From a virus (Duplodnaviria; Caudoviricetes), in IMG/VR virus record IMGVR_UViG_3300028275_000007: 64,000 nt of DNA. One strand, 5' to 3'. The notes under the pieces were generated by a model. It saw only the letters and a list, made by a program, of their open reading frames with translations, searched no databases and was not told the DNA's origin. This document shows, piece after piece, positions 28,811 through 38,129 of the stretch (position 1 is its first letter; each line of letters opens with the position of its first letter). The position numbers were made by a program, and so were the translations under genes.

Positions 28811-28837
28811 AATGATAAAATTCCCGTTATTGAATAT

Positions 28838-29536
28838 TTATCTTAAGCTCGTATAGTACTCCTCTACCTTGTTGAGCCACATATCCTGGTACTTGTTAAA
28901 GTCCTTGGGCCATAGATCAAACTGCTGATATTCACAGTTTCTAGAACACATAAAAATATGCCCTTCGCGCATATCGGTGCCATATACTTCATTATGTGCT
29001 AATATATAAGCAACTAACTGCAGGAAGTAATCTTCAACCCACTCTGATTTTTTAGGCTTGTTAGTTTGTTTATAATCACATACACTTGGATTGTCTTTAT
29101 AAACTGCTACTAAATCTGTTGTTCCTGAATACAACCCTGGGAAATACAAACTTTGTTCCATTGCCCAGACTTCATTAACATCGCTGAGACCGTTAATAAT
29201 AATTTGGTCAGCCATTGAATTAGCCTGTACGTGTACAGGATTTTTGCCTGGCATACGCTCTAGGCCTGCAATGAAACGTTCTAAATTACTATGCATAGCA
29301 GTACCAACTCCTGCAGCTTCTGTAGTAATGCGTTTAGCATTTTCTTCACCTACACGTTTCTTCCATTCATTTAAGTGCGTCATATCTTTGGTAGCACTAA
29401 GGATGGTTGTAACACTAGGAAGACTTTCGCCATCGGGTGTTAGATATACACGTTTGCGTGTAACCGGATCGTTAATTTGTTGACAGTTCTTGTATTGGAA
29501 CTTCTCCACAAAGGGAGGTGGTGTAAAAGTATTCAT
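28838..29536 (-). CDS. PD-(D/E)xK exonuclease
   Basis: LPSVTTILS, GTAMHS, YSGTTDLV...DYKQTNK, QLVAY. Confidence 0.88.
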   Translation of the reverse strand: MNTFTPPPFVEKFQYKNCQQINDPVTRKRVYLTPDGESLPSVTTILSATKDMTHLNEWKKRVGEENAKRITTEAAGVGTAMHSNLERFIAGLERMPGKNPVHVQANSMADQIIINGLSDVNEVWAMEQSLYFPGLYSGTTDLVAVYKDNPSVCDYKQTNKPKKSEWVEDYFLQLVAYILAHNEVYGTDMREGHIFMCSRNCEYQQFDLWPKDFNKYQDMWLNKVEEYYTSLR

Positions 29537-29570
29537 ATACTTTATATATTATACTTTTATTTTAGGATTG

Positions 29571-29939
29571 TCAAGCCTGAGCGGCTAATTGTTTTGGAGC
29601 GGCAGATGCAGCCATTTTATCTACAGCATCTTGGCTTGTTTCTCCACCTTTTACAGGTGTTTCGGTATCTTGGTCTGTGCCAGGAACATTTAGATTAACG
29701 CCATCGGCATTAAAATCTCTTACTAATGCTTGGATAGCAGGAGTACTATCATACATTGATTTAAATGTTTCGTAATCAGAACCCATTTCAAATCCTGCAT
29801 CAGATGCTATTTTTTGAAGTGCTGCCCAGTTTAATTTAGCAGGTTGTCCTTTTGATGAAGCACGACCTATAAAGTTCTTTAAAATCATAACAAACTTGTC
29901 TACGCCTACATCATCACCGGCAAATTCAAAAAATCTCAT
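29571..29939 (-). CDS. Hypothetical late/head-associated protein
   Basis: MRFFEF N-terminus; in late operon. Confidence 0.7.
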   Translation of the reverse strand: MRFFEFAGDDVGVDKFVMILKNFIGRASSKGQPAKLNWAALQKIASDAGFEMGSDYETFKSMYDSTPAIQALVRDFNADGVNLNVPGTDQDTETPVKGGETSQDAVDKMAASAAPKQLAAQA

Positions 29940-30214
29940 TATACACCACCCGATGGAGAATTTAAACTAGATAACTGTTTTTGTAGATCTACTAATTCTT
30001 GTTGCTTTTGTTTGATAGCATCTTGAATTTGTTTTCTTTGATCAGCTAGTTGTTTTACTTGTTGTGCTTGAAGTTTAGCCTGTGCCTGAGGATCCTGTGC
30101 AGGAGTCATTGGCTGTGCGCCAGGCTGTCCAGCAGGCTGTTGTCCAAGCATAGGAGCATCGAGTTCAGCTAACCTGGACATTTCACGTTCACTAATGATG
30201 TTAAAAAGTTTCAT
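29939..30214 (-). CDS. Q-rich coiled-coil late protein
   Basis: MKLFNIISE; low-complexity QP/QA. Confidence 0.7.
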   Translation of the reverse strand: MKLFNIISEREMSRLAELDAPMLGQQPAGQPGAQPMTPAQDPQAQAKLQAQQVKQLADQRKQIQDAIKQKQQELVDLQKQLSSLNSPSGGV

Positions 30215-31713
30215 TAACCTGCTAATACTCTTAATAGACTGTTGCTACGATCAATGCTTTCACGCTGTTCACGTCCAGCTGCTTCTAATCCGCCAGCTGC
30301 TGCATCGCTTGCGCCAAACTCGTCGCCACCTGCTAGAGCATCTAGTCCACTTTCGTCTCCGCCTGTATTCATCATATCTGGCTCAGCAGGACCCATTTCG
30401 TCTCCAGCTCCCATATCTGCACCTGGCTCACCGCCTAGCATATCTGTTGGCTGCTCTCCACTGGCCAATGAACGAACACTGGTACTTAATGTATCGCGTG
30501 TGGATTTTAAGTTTTCCAATGCCTGCTGAATAGCCGGAGCACACTGGCTAATAAATGCCTTAGCCTGTTCTTGTCCCATTTCATCGCGGATAGAATCGCC
30601 TAGCTGTAGAAGTGTGTCGTTCTCCATGCCAGATAGTTCTTCGATCCAACGGCTAACTCTGTCGACCATAGTTTTTGCTGTAACGATAGCACTGGCCTGT
30701 TGTACTTCGCCTTCGTTTAGTTTAGTCATATCTTCTCCTGATTCTGTTGACTCGTTCTTTTCTTTGTTGTGTTGCTTCCAAGCGGTAGCATACGCAATGC
30801 TTTTTTCTTTATCGGTTAGTTTGCCATCTTTGGCATAACCTTTTTTAATATGTTTTACCATACGTTCTGCTTTGGCTCCTGGAGGTGCTTTTTCTGATAC
30901 AGTACCTTCACCAAAGTGTCTTTTATATGAATCCTGTCCGTCATCGTAGTGTTTTGCCGACGGTGATCCGGGATTGTATGGATTCTTTTTCTTTCCTTGA
31001 GAAGCATCTTTATATCCAGCATTGTGAGCTGCTTTAGTTTCCTCGTCAGCATCTTCTGCTTGATACTCTTCGTCGTAGCCAAAACTACCGTAGTCTTCAT
31101 CTGAACCGTGTCCTGCTGATGCTAGAGCATAAGCATCGTCTGTATCTCCACCCTCGTCTTCGTCACCGCCTTGAGCAAGTGCTTCAAATTCTGCTTGTAG
31201 GTCTTCAACATACGGTTCAATTCGTGGAACTTCGCCACCGTCTTGGTCACTGTATGCGTACCATACTTCTTCTGCTGCGCCTTCAAAGTCACCTTGTCTT
31301 AATAGTTCGACAATTTTTTTAGCGTCTAGATCTCCGTAAGCGCCAATTTCGTTGGCATTTTCGTCAAACCTTTTTAGAAGTTGCATAACTTCATCTTCTA
31401 AAGACCCAAATCCTTCATCTGTGCTAACTTCAGCAACGCTTGGATCAACAATAAACTCTGCACGTTCTGCAATTTCAGCATTGATAGCGTCTAACATCCA
31501 CTGAGCTTGTGCTACTGCTTCATTTTCAATATTTTCATTAAATCCGCTGCCTGAACGAACTTGACTTAATTGTGTACGTAGCTTATTACGAGCATCTTCC
31601 AACTTTGGTACATCAAAACTAGCAAAATCTAGCTTTGTACCGAATAATTTTTCCATCGATTCATTGATCTTTTTAGATGATCTATTTGATTTAAAAAGGT
31701 CTGTAGTTTTCAT
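30214..31713 (-). CDS. Acidic modular late protein, probable prohead core/scaffold-like
   Basis: D/E-rich, many hydrophobic-x-E sites, basic inserted modules; TAAATA upstream. Confidence 0.6.
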   Translation of the reverse strand: MKTTDLFKSNRSSKKINESMEKLFGTKLDFASFDVPKLEDARNKLRTQLSQVRSGSGFNENIENEAVAQAQWMLDAINAEIAERAEFIVDPSVAEVSTDEGFGSLEDEVMQLLKRFDENANEIGAYGDLDAKKIVELLRQGDFEGAAEEVWYAYSDQDGGEVPRIEPYVEDLQAEFEALAQGGDEDEGGDTDDAYALASAGHGSDEDYGSFGYDEEYQAEDADEETKAAHNAGYKDASQGKKKNPYNPGSPSAKHYDDGQDSYKRHFGEGTVSEKAPPGAKAERMVKHIKKGYAKDGKLTDKEKSIAYATAWKQHNKEKNESTESGEDMTKLNEGEVQQASAIVTAKTMVDRVSRWIEELSGMENDTLLQLGDSIRDEMGQEQAKAFISQCAPAIQQALENLKSTRDTLSTSVRSLASGEQPTDMLGGEPGADMGAGDEMGPAEPDMMNTGGDESGLDALAGGDEFGASDAAAGGLEAAGREQRESIDRSNSLLRVLAG

Positions 31714-31741
31714 AAATTAAGGGTCCAGATTGATACTATAT

Positions 31742-32170
31742 TTATTCATTTCTTATTAAACTCTCTGCTTGGGTTTTGCAGACCATTGTACGATCTCTGC
31801 TTTCAACATATCTTGCCCATAGCATATCAGCCCTATCAAAGTCCTTATTACTTACTGCTCTTTGATATTGAGCCCTGAGTATTTGGCTATCAGTGAACCA
31901 ACGTCCATATTCTTGATCCGCTCTATATAATGCATCGGCAAGTATATTACTCTGACGAAGTGCTAATAGGTTAGCAATTTTAATAGCAATAGAATTTAAA
32001 TGTATTTCATTATATAATAATTCGTTGTTCTTGTAAAGAGATTTAATTGGTCCATCACTGACTATCAAAATTTCGCCTACAAGAATACCACGCTCTGTGC
32101 GAACAGGAATGATATTTTTGGATAGTTCTTTCTTAACTATCTGCTCTAGGCGTCGAGAAAGTTGAGTCAT
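31742..32170 (-). CDS. Hypothetical protein
   Basis: 142-aa ORF. Confidence 0.7.
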   Translation of the reverse strand: MTQLSRRLEQIVKKELSKNIIPVRTERGILVGEILIVSDGPIKSLYKNNELLYNEIHLNSIAIKIANLLALRQSNILADALYRADQEYGRWFTDSQILRAQYQRAVSNKDFDRADMLWARYVESRDRTMVCKTQAESLIRNE

Positions 32171-32222
32171 AAAAAAAGGACCTATGGTCCTTTATTTAAC
32201 TGCGTATATAATGTGCTAAAAA

Positions 32223-32465
32223 TTATCCACCACGCATAAGCATGGTAATGATAATACTTAGAACACCTGCAATTACTGTACCAGCGGTACCAATAATGAC
32301 TTTGGTCATTGACTTCTGGCCCTGAACAATATCAGTATGAATGTTTGAAACTTTGTCTTCCAAATTAGTTAGACGTTGATCTAACTGTTGATAACGAAGT
32401 GCGCACAAATCAACGTGTGCTTCTAGGCTTTGTTTTTCTAAACTTGTGGTAGGCATATCAGCCAT
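32223..32465 (-). CDS. Small coiled-coil protein with C-terminal TM (holin/XhlA-like candidate)
   Basis: LDQRLTNLEDKV heptads then VIIGTAGTVIAGVLSIIITML. Confidence 0.6.
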   Translation of the reverse strand: MADMPTTSLEKQSLEAHVDLCALRYQQLDQRLTNLEDKVSNIHTDIVQGQKSMTKVIIGTAGTVIAGVLSIIITMLMRGG

Positions 32466-32543
32466 AATAAAATATCTCCAATAAGGTATACTTGGATGCC
32501 TAAATATTATGCCTGCGAAAAAAGCCTATAAATTTCTTATATT

Positions 32544-32864
32544 TTATTTATCTTCGTCTGGTTTAATTACATCAATCACTAGACTCTTAATATCCTTAAT
32601 ATCAGTAAGAACATTGTCTACTTTTGATTTAGTTTCATCCCAGTGTTTGACTAGATTTCGAAATACATACATTGCCCACCACCACCAAACTACAGCAACC
32701 GCAAACATCAAAGTTTCGCCGGTGATCATCACATAGCCTAAAAATGTGCCATCAAAGAAACGCCATACAAAGAAAATGCCTGCAAGAGCCGTAACGGGAA
32801 GGACAGCCGCTGCCCACGCCCAGAGCCTAATTTGTTTAATTGTTTTTTTTCTAAAGTTTTCCAT
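32544..32864 (-). CDS. Two-TM membrane protein (holin-like candidate)
   Basis: Basic N-terminus, two TM helices, charged C-tail; TAAATA upstream. Confidence 0.6.
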   Translation of the reverse strand: MENFRKKTIKQIRLWAWAAAVLPVTALAGIFFVWRFFDGTFLGYVMITGETLMFAVAVVWWWWAMYVFRNLVKHWDETKSKVDNVLTDIKDIKSLVIDVIKPDEDK

Positions 32865-32917
32865 ATTATAATTGCCTCAGTATAATATTTACTAGGGTAA
32901 TTGTAATATGAATAATA

Positions 32918-33310
32918 CTAGATTATGGTAATCCAGGTATTTTGATTTCCGTTGCGTGTTTGGAACGCTGCGGGAGTTATGTCAACAGAATTTTCTAATT
33001 GGTCAACAATAGGAACACCGTGAACATCGTCTTTTAAAAGTCCGCAGGGATCATTATCTTTTAAGAAAACATCTTCTCTTTCACAGTCAACTTCCCATAT
33101 CCAATAGGTTGCCTTACCTTTGATGTCGTCTGGTAATGAGCCTGTATACTTTTTTGGATCTCTTACCCATTCTACATTTGATCTCAATCCTATTGCCTGT
33201 AGCAGAGAATTAAAATTTGCCTGCTGTCCAATTTTAATAGGATCAGATTCCGATCTTGTCGAATTGGTACGAGTTATGTCTACTAGGGTTACTATCTTAT
33301 ATCGTGCCAT
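32918..33310 (-). CDS. Hypothetical late protein (ends in TAG)
   Basis: 130 aa; TAAATA upstream. Confidence 0.75.
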   Translation of the reverse strand: MARYKIVTLVDITRTNSTRSESDPIKIGQQANFNSLLQAIGLRSNVEWVRDPKKYTGSLPDDIKGKATYWIWEVDCEREDVFLKDNDPCGLLKDDVHGVPIVDQLENSVDITPAAFQTRNGNQNTWITII

Positions 33311-33388
33311 AATGTGCTACTATTTATAGCCAAAGAAAAAGGCCGGAATAAATCCGGCCCATCCTTCCCATCCCTAGGAATTAACTAA

Positions 33389-33781
33389 TTATAGTGCTGG
33401 TTTGAAAACTGCAACAATAGCAGTAGCAGCGCCAGTAACACCGTGTGCATCGGATGCATCAACTGTGTAATCGCCTGTACCTTGTAAACGTAGGTATACA
33501 ACGTCAGTTGTACCGCTTACAAAAGCTGAACCATCTGCTGTACCAACTGCTGCAACTGTAAATGCAGAGTCACCTGAACCTGCTGAACCGTGGCTGGTTG
33601 TTAGATAGTTAATAATTGTTTGCAATTCTGCATTAGTGATGTTTGTCTTAGTAATGCTAAGAACAACTTCACGACCAACGTCGGATTGGCTGATAGCAAA
33701 TTTTCCGTAGTTGTCGTCTGCTTGTGCAACTCCTGAACCAGAGTTGTTATATGTTTGATATACTGATGTAATGTCTGCCAT
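33389..33781 (-). CDS. Small virion structural protein (decoration-like)
   Basis: T/S/G/A-rich, AAGGAG RBS, own late promoter and terminator. Confidence 0.65.
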   Translation of the reverse strand: MADITSVYQTYNNSGSGVAQADDNYGKFAISQSDVGREVVLSITKTNITNAELQTIINYLTTSHGSAGSGDSAFTVAAVGTADGSAFVSGTTDVVYLRLQGTGDYTVDASDAHGVTGAATAIVAVFKPAL

Positions 33782-33867
33782 GATAGTTTCTCCTTAAATC
33801 ATTATGACCTCGCTCAGAGGCCGGCATAGTATTTAGTCAGATTGGAAAAAACTAGGGTTTATAGGCT

Positions 33868-35235
33868 TTAATCGGCTCTAAATGGGGTCCAACGATCACG
33901 TGGAACTAGCTTAACACCGTGTCCTGTGTGCATATAACCCTCACCGCCTGGTTTTCCGCCAGTGTGTGCAGTAATATCGCCTTCGGCAGCATCTAGTTCA
34001 CGAATAATTTCGTCTTTGGCTTTCATTAATTCGCGCACTAAATGAAACATATTATCCATTACACCTGCGTTGGCCTTGTTTAATTCAGCAATCTTAGCCT
34101 GTTTTGGAGCACTGACTTTGCTGCCCTGTAGCCACTGAAAGAAACTGTTTGTGTCTATTTTATCTAAGGCTTTGGCCTTTGACTGATTGTTTACAAAGGT
34201 ATAGATGATTGTCTGTAGATCGCTTAGGCCTGCAACAGGTGCTAATAGTTGATCAATTTTAGGGCCAACTTGGTTGGCTAATTTTTCAATTACACCTAGA
34301 TTGTCTGCATTTACCGCAGGTTGATGTGCTACATAGGTTTGTCCAAACACTACAAGTTCTGGACTGACATTAAGAGCCTTAACATCTGTTAGATCATCTC
34401 CAGTCTTGTCACCAAAATAATCTAAATGTTTGTGAGCAGCAATAGCTACCTTAGCCTTACCCAATCTTACGCCAACTGGACTTGTTGCTCTAACTGAATA
34501 TGTAGTTTGATTAGGGGTAAAATTAATTTTACCATTACCACTGTCATAAGGTTTTCCAGGATGGAACAAGATATCACCATAGATATAACCTCTAAAATCT
34601 TTGGGAGTTCCCTTTTCAAAGATAGGCCATAGGCTAGCCATATCACCAGCAAATTTCTCACGCCAGTCTTCTCCTTTGCCGCGACTTAGGATAAACTGCT
34701 TGAGCTCTTCTGGGTTAGAACTCTTACCTTCTTCACGACCCCAGTTATTTTTACCTACCATACGGAAGGTACCATCTTCGTCTCTGCCCCAATAGACAGT
34801 TGGATTACCGTCCCACTTGATAGAAACATCTTTAGCATCAGATGCTAGACTTTTTAAAACTTCAACAGCACGTTTGGCACCACCGTGTTCTGTAAACACT
34901 AGATCTTCTAGGTGATTAAACTCACGACCTACTTTCTTAGGTACAGGTGCTTCGGCTTCTGTTACAGTTTCTTTATAAGGTTCCCACTTGGCACACCAAT
35001 AAGCAGGTTTGACCACAGGCTCACCTTTGAACTTGTCACACTTCTTAGTTTTACTATCATAGTAGCCGCAATTGCTACATTTTTGTTGCGCAGGCACTCC
35101 CGGATTTGACGCTGGCTGATACCTATCGGGTAAGCTGTCAGGAATATCACTGCCGTCAGGATATCTATTACTACGCTTGTAGCTCATAGCCTGTTTACCA
35201 GGTTTTGATTCTATCAAAAACTCAAAAGCTCTCAT
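33868..35235 (-). CDS. ATP-dependent ligase/capping-like nucleotidyltransferase (DUF6267-like) with N-terminal HiPIP-like 4-Cys domain
   Basis: SIKWDGNP (motif I KxDG), YIYGDILF, EGYM..GVKLV; N-terminal CSNC...C...YWC. Confidence 0.65.
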   Translation of the reverse strand: MRAFEFLIESKPGKQAMSYKRSNRYPDGSDIPDSLPDRYQPASNPGVPAQQKCSNCGYYDSKTKKCDKFKGEPVVKPAYWCAKWEPYKETVTEAEAPVPKKVGREFNHLEDLVFTEHGGAKRAVEVLKSLASDAKDVSIKWDGNPTVYWGRDEDGTFRMVGKNNWGREEGKSSNPEELKQFILSRGKGEDWREKFAGDMASLWPIFEKGTPKDFRGYIYGDILFHPGKPYDSGNGKINFTPNQTTYSVRATSPVGVRLGKAKVAIAAHKHLDYFGDKTGDDLTDVKALNVSPELVVFGQTYVAHQPAVNADNLGVIEKLANQVGPKIDQLLAPVAGLSDLQTIIYTFVNNQSKAKALDKIDTNSFFQWLQGSKVSAPKQAKIAELNKANAGVMDNMFHLVRELMKAKDEIIRELDAAEGDITAHTGGKPGGEGYMHTGHGVKLVPRDRWTPFRAD

Positions 35236-35432
35236 TTACTTTTTCCTGACTTCATATTAGCACACCAATGATACATTTTAGCCTTTTCACCACTTGCATT
35301 TTTTGCACGTTTGCGTAGATCTGTCACTGATCCAGAACAGCTAGCACCAGAACGTTTGACACGACCGGGGCGGCTCTTTCCCTTTACCTTTCCATCGGCA
35401 AAATTTTCAATGACAAACTCACTGGCTCTCAT
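35232..35432 (-). CDS. Small basic Cys-containing late protein
   Basis: MRASEFVIE then K/R-rich ...ASCSGS...HWCANMKSGK. Confidence 0.7.
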   Translation of the reverse strand: MRASEFVIENFADGKVKGKSRPGRVKRSGASCSGSVTDLRKRAKNASGEKAKMYHWCANMKSGKSK

Positions 35433-36265
35433 TAGCAGTTCCAACGACGGCGTGCCTTACAGATTGCCTTGTCTGGTGTCTTGGCACAGCTGATGCTGTG
35501 CATTTTCATTTGTCCACGTGAACGAGAACAGTAGCTCTTACGGCGCTTGCTGGCCTTGCTACCTTTTTTAAGTTTGCTTGGCTTTGTGGTTACCGCAGTC
35601 TTTAACTTACTACCTGGATTTTCTCTACGATAGGCCTTTACAGCCTTACGGCTCATACCGTCTGTTTTGTCTTTCTTATTAACCTTTTGCCAATCTTCGT
35701 TTAGTTGAGAAGTAACAGCAAATACATATAGCTCGTCATCTGTTAAGGATTCTAGATCTTCCCAAACTACTTCTGGGTCTACACCGTTGCTTTCTGCAAT
35801 GTCTTCAATGATTGATTCAATAAGATCAAAGTCTTGTTCTAGTTCTAGACTTTCAGGAGTGTGGCTCATTTCGTGCTCGCTCTCTAGATAATCCCAAACT
35901 GTCTGCATATAATCTTCAGCAATGGATAATTTTTCCTGTACCCATTCTGGGAGGTTCTCTCCGTCTTTGATTAACTTAGATAAACCTACTGCGGCTCTAT
36001 GAATAGTGTGTAGGCTGTTTTGAGCCATTCCGGATTCATCATTATATTCTGCATCATCAAATGCTTCATTCTTAGGTTTCTTACCTTGCTTTTTCATATT
36101 AACTGCGATTGCAGCCTGTTGAGCAGGATTAGCAGCCTCTGGCACACAGTTAGGCACAGTCTTGCCGCCCTTCTTCTTTGTACCTACTGGATGATATCCT
36201 TTCCAGCAAGGGTTACTGTTCTTAAGAGTTTTTTTAGATTCTATTAGAATGTCGGTTATTCTCAT
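35432..36265 (-). CDS. Modular late protein (basic Cys modules separated by acidic linkers)
   Basis: MRITDILIE; CWKGY..KTVPNCVP, ANPAQQAAIA, C-terminal RRKSYCSRS..KARRRWNC. Confidence 0.7.
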   Translation of the reverse strand: MRITDILIESKKTLKNSNPCWKGYHPVGTKKKGGKTVPNCVPEAANPAQQAAIAVNMKKQGKKPKNEAFDDAEYNDESGMAQNSLHTIHRAAVGLSKLIKDGENLPEWVQEKLSIAEDYMQTVWDYLESEHEMSHTPESLELEQDFDLIESIIEDIAESNGVDPEVVWEDLESLTDDELYVFAVTSQLNEDWQKVNKKDKTDGMSRKAVKAYRRENPGSKLKTAVTTKPSKLKKGSKASKRRKSYCSRSRGQMKMHSISCAKTPDKAICKARRRWNC

Positions 36266-37074
36266 TTTACCATATCCATAATTTTGCGCATCCAACTTGG
36301 ACTGTTAGGTGTGTAGTGCTCTAATGATTCTTTCTGTGGAAGTTCAATTCCTGAACGCCCTAGTGTTTCACGAGCAGCACTGACTAATTCGTCATAGTTA
36401 GGTAATTTTTTAATGTAATTAATGATAGCATCAACGGAACGAATATCTTTAACTGTTGCGGTTTGACCTAACAACTGTTTAGCAATAGTATTCCAATCAT
36501 CTCCACCTTTAACAGGTTCATTTGTTTCTGGATCAACTAGACCAAACTTAGGACTATATTTCATTCCTCTTGCACGAGCAATAGAACTTAGAACAATATG
36601 GCGATGCTCTCCTCGATACTGTCCCTGCCCACCAATCATACTTCCTTGCTGGAACTTAGGATTGTTAGAGAACATAAAGTCTGCTTGTACAAATCCGTTG
36701 GCTTCGTCACCTTTAATTGGTGTCTTTAAGTGTACAGAATCGCCACTTAATTTTACGCTGTCTTTGCCAAATTGTTGTGCTAGTTTTGTAGCAAATTCTT
36801 TCTTGTCTACTTCGTTAGCGTCAACTGATAAATCTAAATCTCCAGAACTGTTTAATTCAAAAGTTCCGTCTGGATGCTCTTTACGTCCAGTTGTACCTAG
36901 CCATTTTACAGGTTTTTTATCGTGAGGATCTAATTCTTTGGTGAAGTCTAGTCCTGTTACTTTTTCGATAAAAGCAATAGTGGCTGGAACATCTCCCGTA
37001 GCAATACGCTGCGTTAAAGGTTGTTTGTCTGGGCCTTTGAATACGTTTCCGCCCTCAAATAATTTATTCGTCAT
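36262..37074 (-). CDS. Pol-beta-superfamily nucleotidyltransferase-like protein
   Basis: LGTTG...SGDLDLSVD (hG[ST]..DxD) and later VQADFM. Confidence 0.65.
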   Translation of the reverse strand: MTNKLFEGGNVFKGPDKQPLTQRIATGDVPATIAFIEKVTGLDFTKELDPHDKKPVKWLGTTGRKEHPDGTFELNSSGDLDLSVDANEVDKKEFATKLAQQFGKDSVKLSGDSVHLKTPIKGDEANGFVQADFMFSNNPKFQQGSMIGGQGQYRGEHRHIVLSSIARARGMKYSPKFGLVDPETNEPVKGGDDWNTIAKQLLGQTATVKDIRSVDAIINYIKKLPNYDELVSAARETLGRSGIELPQKESLEHYTPNSPSWMRKIMDMVK

Positions 37075-37345
37075 TTGAATCTAATGGTTTATTAACTTTG
37101 CGTGATTCTGCTATTTTACGAATACCGCGTGTAAACTTTGCTGCATCTTGTCCACGGATAGCATTAATTAAGCGGCGCTCTAGCTCATCAGCTTGTTCTG
37201 GCGTATAGTTCTTATGAATACTTTCCAAAAGATTAATAGCTGAATTAATAATGTTAACGGCGCGACTTTCAAACAGCGAGTCCTTGTTACGGACTTCTGC
37301 TATTTCGTTCAATTCTTGCAGGATTGACCTAGTTCTTAATTTCAT
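37064..37345 (-). CDS. Conserved hypothetical late protein
   Basis: MKLRTRSILQEL...; TAAATA upstream. Confidence 0.7.
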   Translation of the reverse strand: MKLRTRSILQELNEIAEVRNKDSLFESRAVNIINSAINLLESIHKNYTPEQADELERRLINAIRGQDAAKFTRGIRKIAESRKVNKPLDSNDE

Positions 37346-37504
37346 AATCAACTCGTTTATAATATATTTAACTCAAATTAAATCATATTGTAAATTAAAA
37401 AAACAATAAAGTCAAAGCCGTAAATGTGCAGATGCAGCATATCCCAACTAAATACTCAGTAGAAACCATTAGTTTTTACAGACACTTACAGAGGATATCA
37501 CACA

Positions 37505-37681
37505 ATGAAAACCGTATCAAACTTTATGCTAGGGCTTATGGAACGCCTAGCAGAAATGTTTCCAGAAAGTTCCTATCAAAGTCGCTTAGACAGCTATCTA
37601 AGTACCAAAGGCATTACCGATGCCGCACAGTTAGAAAACTATATCCGACAATTTAATTCTCAAAAGGAATCTTACCTATGA
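37505..37681 (+). CDS. Small protein (58 aa, DUF3563-like); not in ORF track
   Basis: MKTVSNFMLGLMERLAEMFPESSYQSRLDSYLS...; GAGG RBS. Confidence 0.65.
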   Translation: MKTVSNFMLGLMERLAEMFPESSYQSRLDSYLSTKGITDAAQLENYIRQFNSQKESYL

Positions 37682-37794
37682 AAACATTCTTAAACAGTAT
37701 CTACGTTTTTTTTGAAGCAATGGGCAAAGCTCGTGCTGCCGCAGTACTGGCAAGATCAGGAAAAGTAGAAGAAGCACAAGCTCTATACAAATGA
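37678..37794 (+). CDS. Small protein (38 aa); not in ORF track
   Basis: MKTFLNSIYVFFEAMGKARAAAVLARSGKVEEAQALYK; ATGA overlap. Confidence 0.65.
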   Translation: MKTFLNSIYVFFEAMGKARAAAVLARSGKVEEAQALYK

Positions 37795-37870
37795 GCAAAA
37801 AAGTTTAGAAAAAAGTTGATTTTTATCAACAAAAGATATATAATTTACACATTAACACAGAGGAGAAAAA

Positions 37871-38083
37871 ATGTTCACACCAGATTCATTTATTGAAGCA
37901 TATCAAAACACCAAGCGTGTTTTTGTCAATACAGTTGTAACTGACAAGGTTATCAAACAATCTGTACTAGACTTAATCGATGCACAAACAGCTTTTGCTA
38001 AGACCGTTAGCCAAAACGCTATTGATCTTGCTAAATATTCTACGGACGCATACGCTAGTGTATTGTTTCCAAAGAAGGCCTAA
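37871..38083 (+). CDS. Phasin-like amphipathic helical protein
   Basis: 70 aa, A/T/Q-rich amphipathic helices; strong GAGGAG RBS. Confidence 0.45.
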   Translation: MFTPDSFIEAYQNTKRVFVNTVVTDKVIKQSVLDLIDAQTAFAKTVSQNAIDLAKYSTDAYASVLFPKKA

Positions 38084-38129
38084 TCCACCTAACGGATATA
38101 GACACAAACACACACACAAGGAGAAAATT

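Noticed and set aside
28838-29536. Cas4
   Set aside because: PD-(D/E)xK core is present but the four-Cys Fe-S arrangement is not; typical T4-like exonuclease
32864-32920. Readthrough fusion of the TAG-ending 32918-33310 gene with the next gene
   Set aside because: The downstream ATG (32864) is out of frame and has its own late promoter
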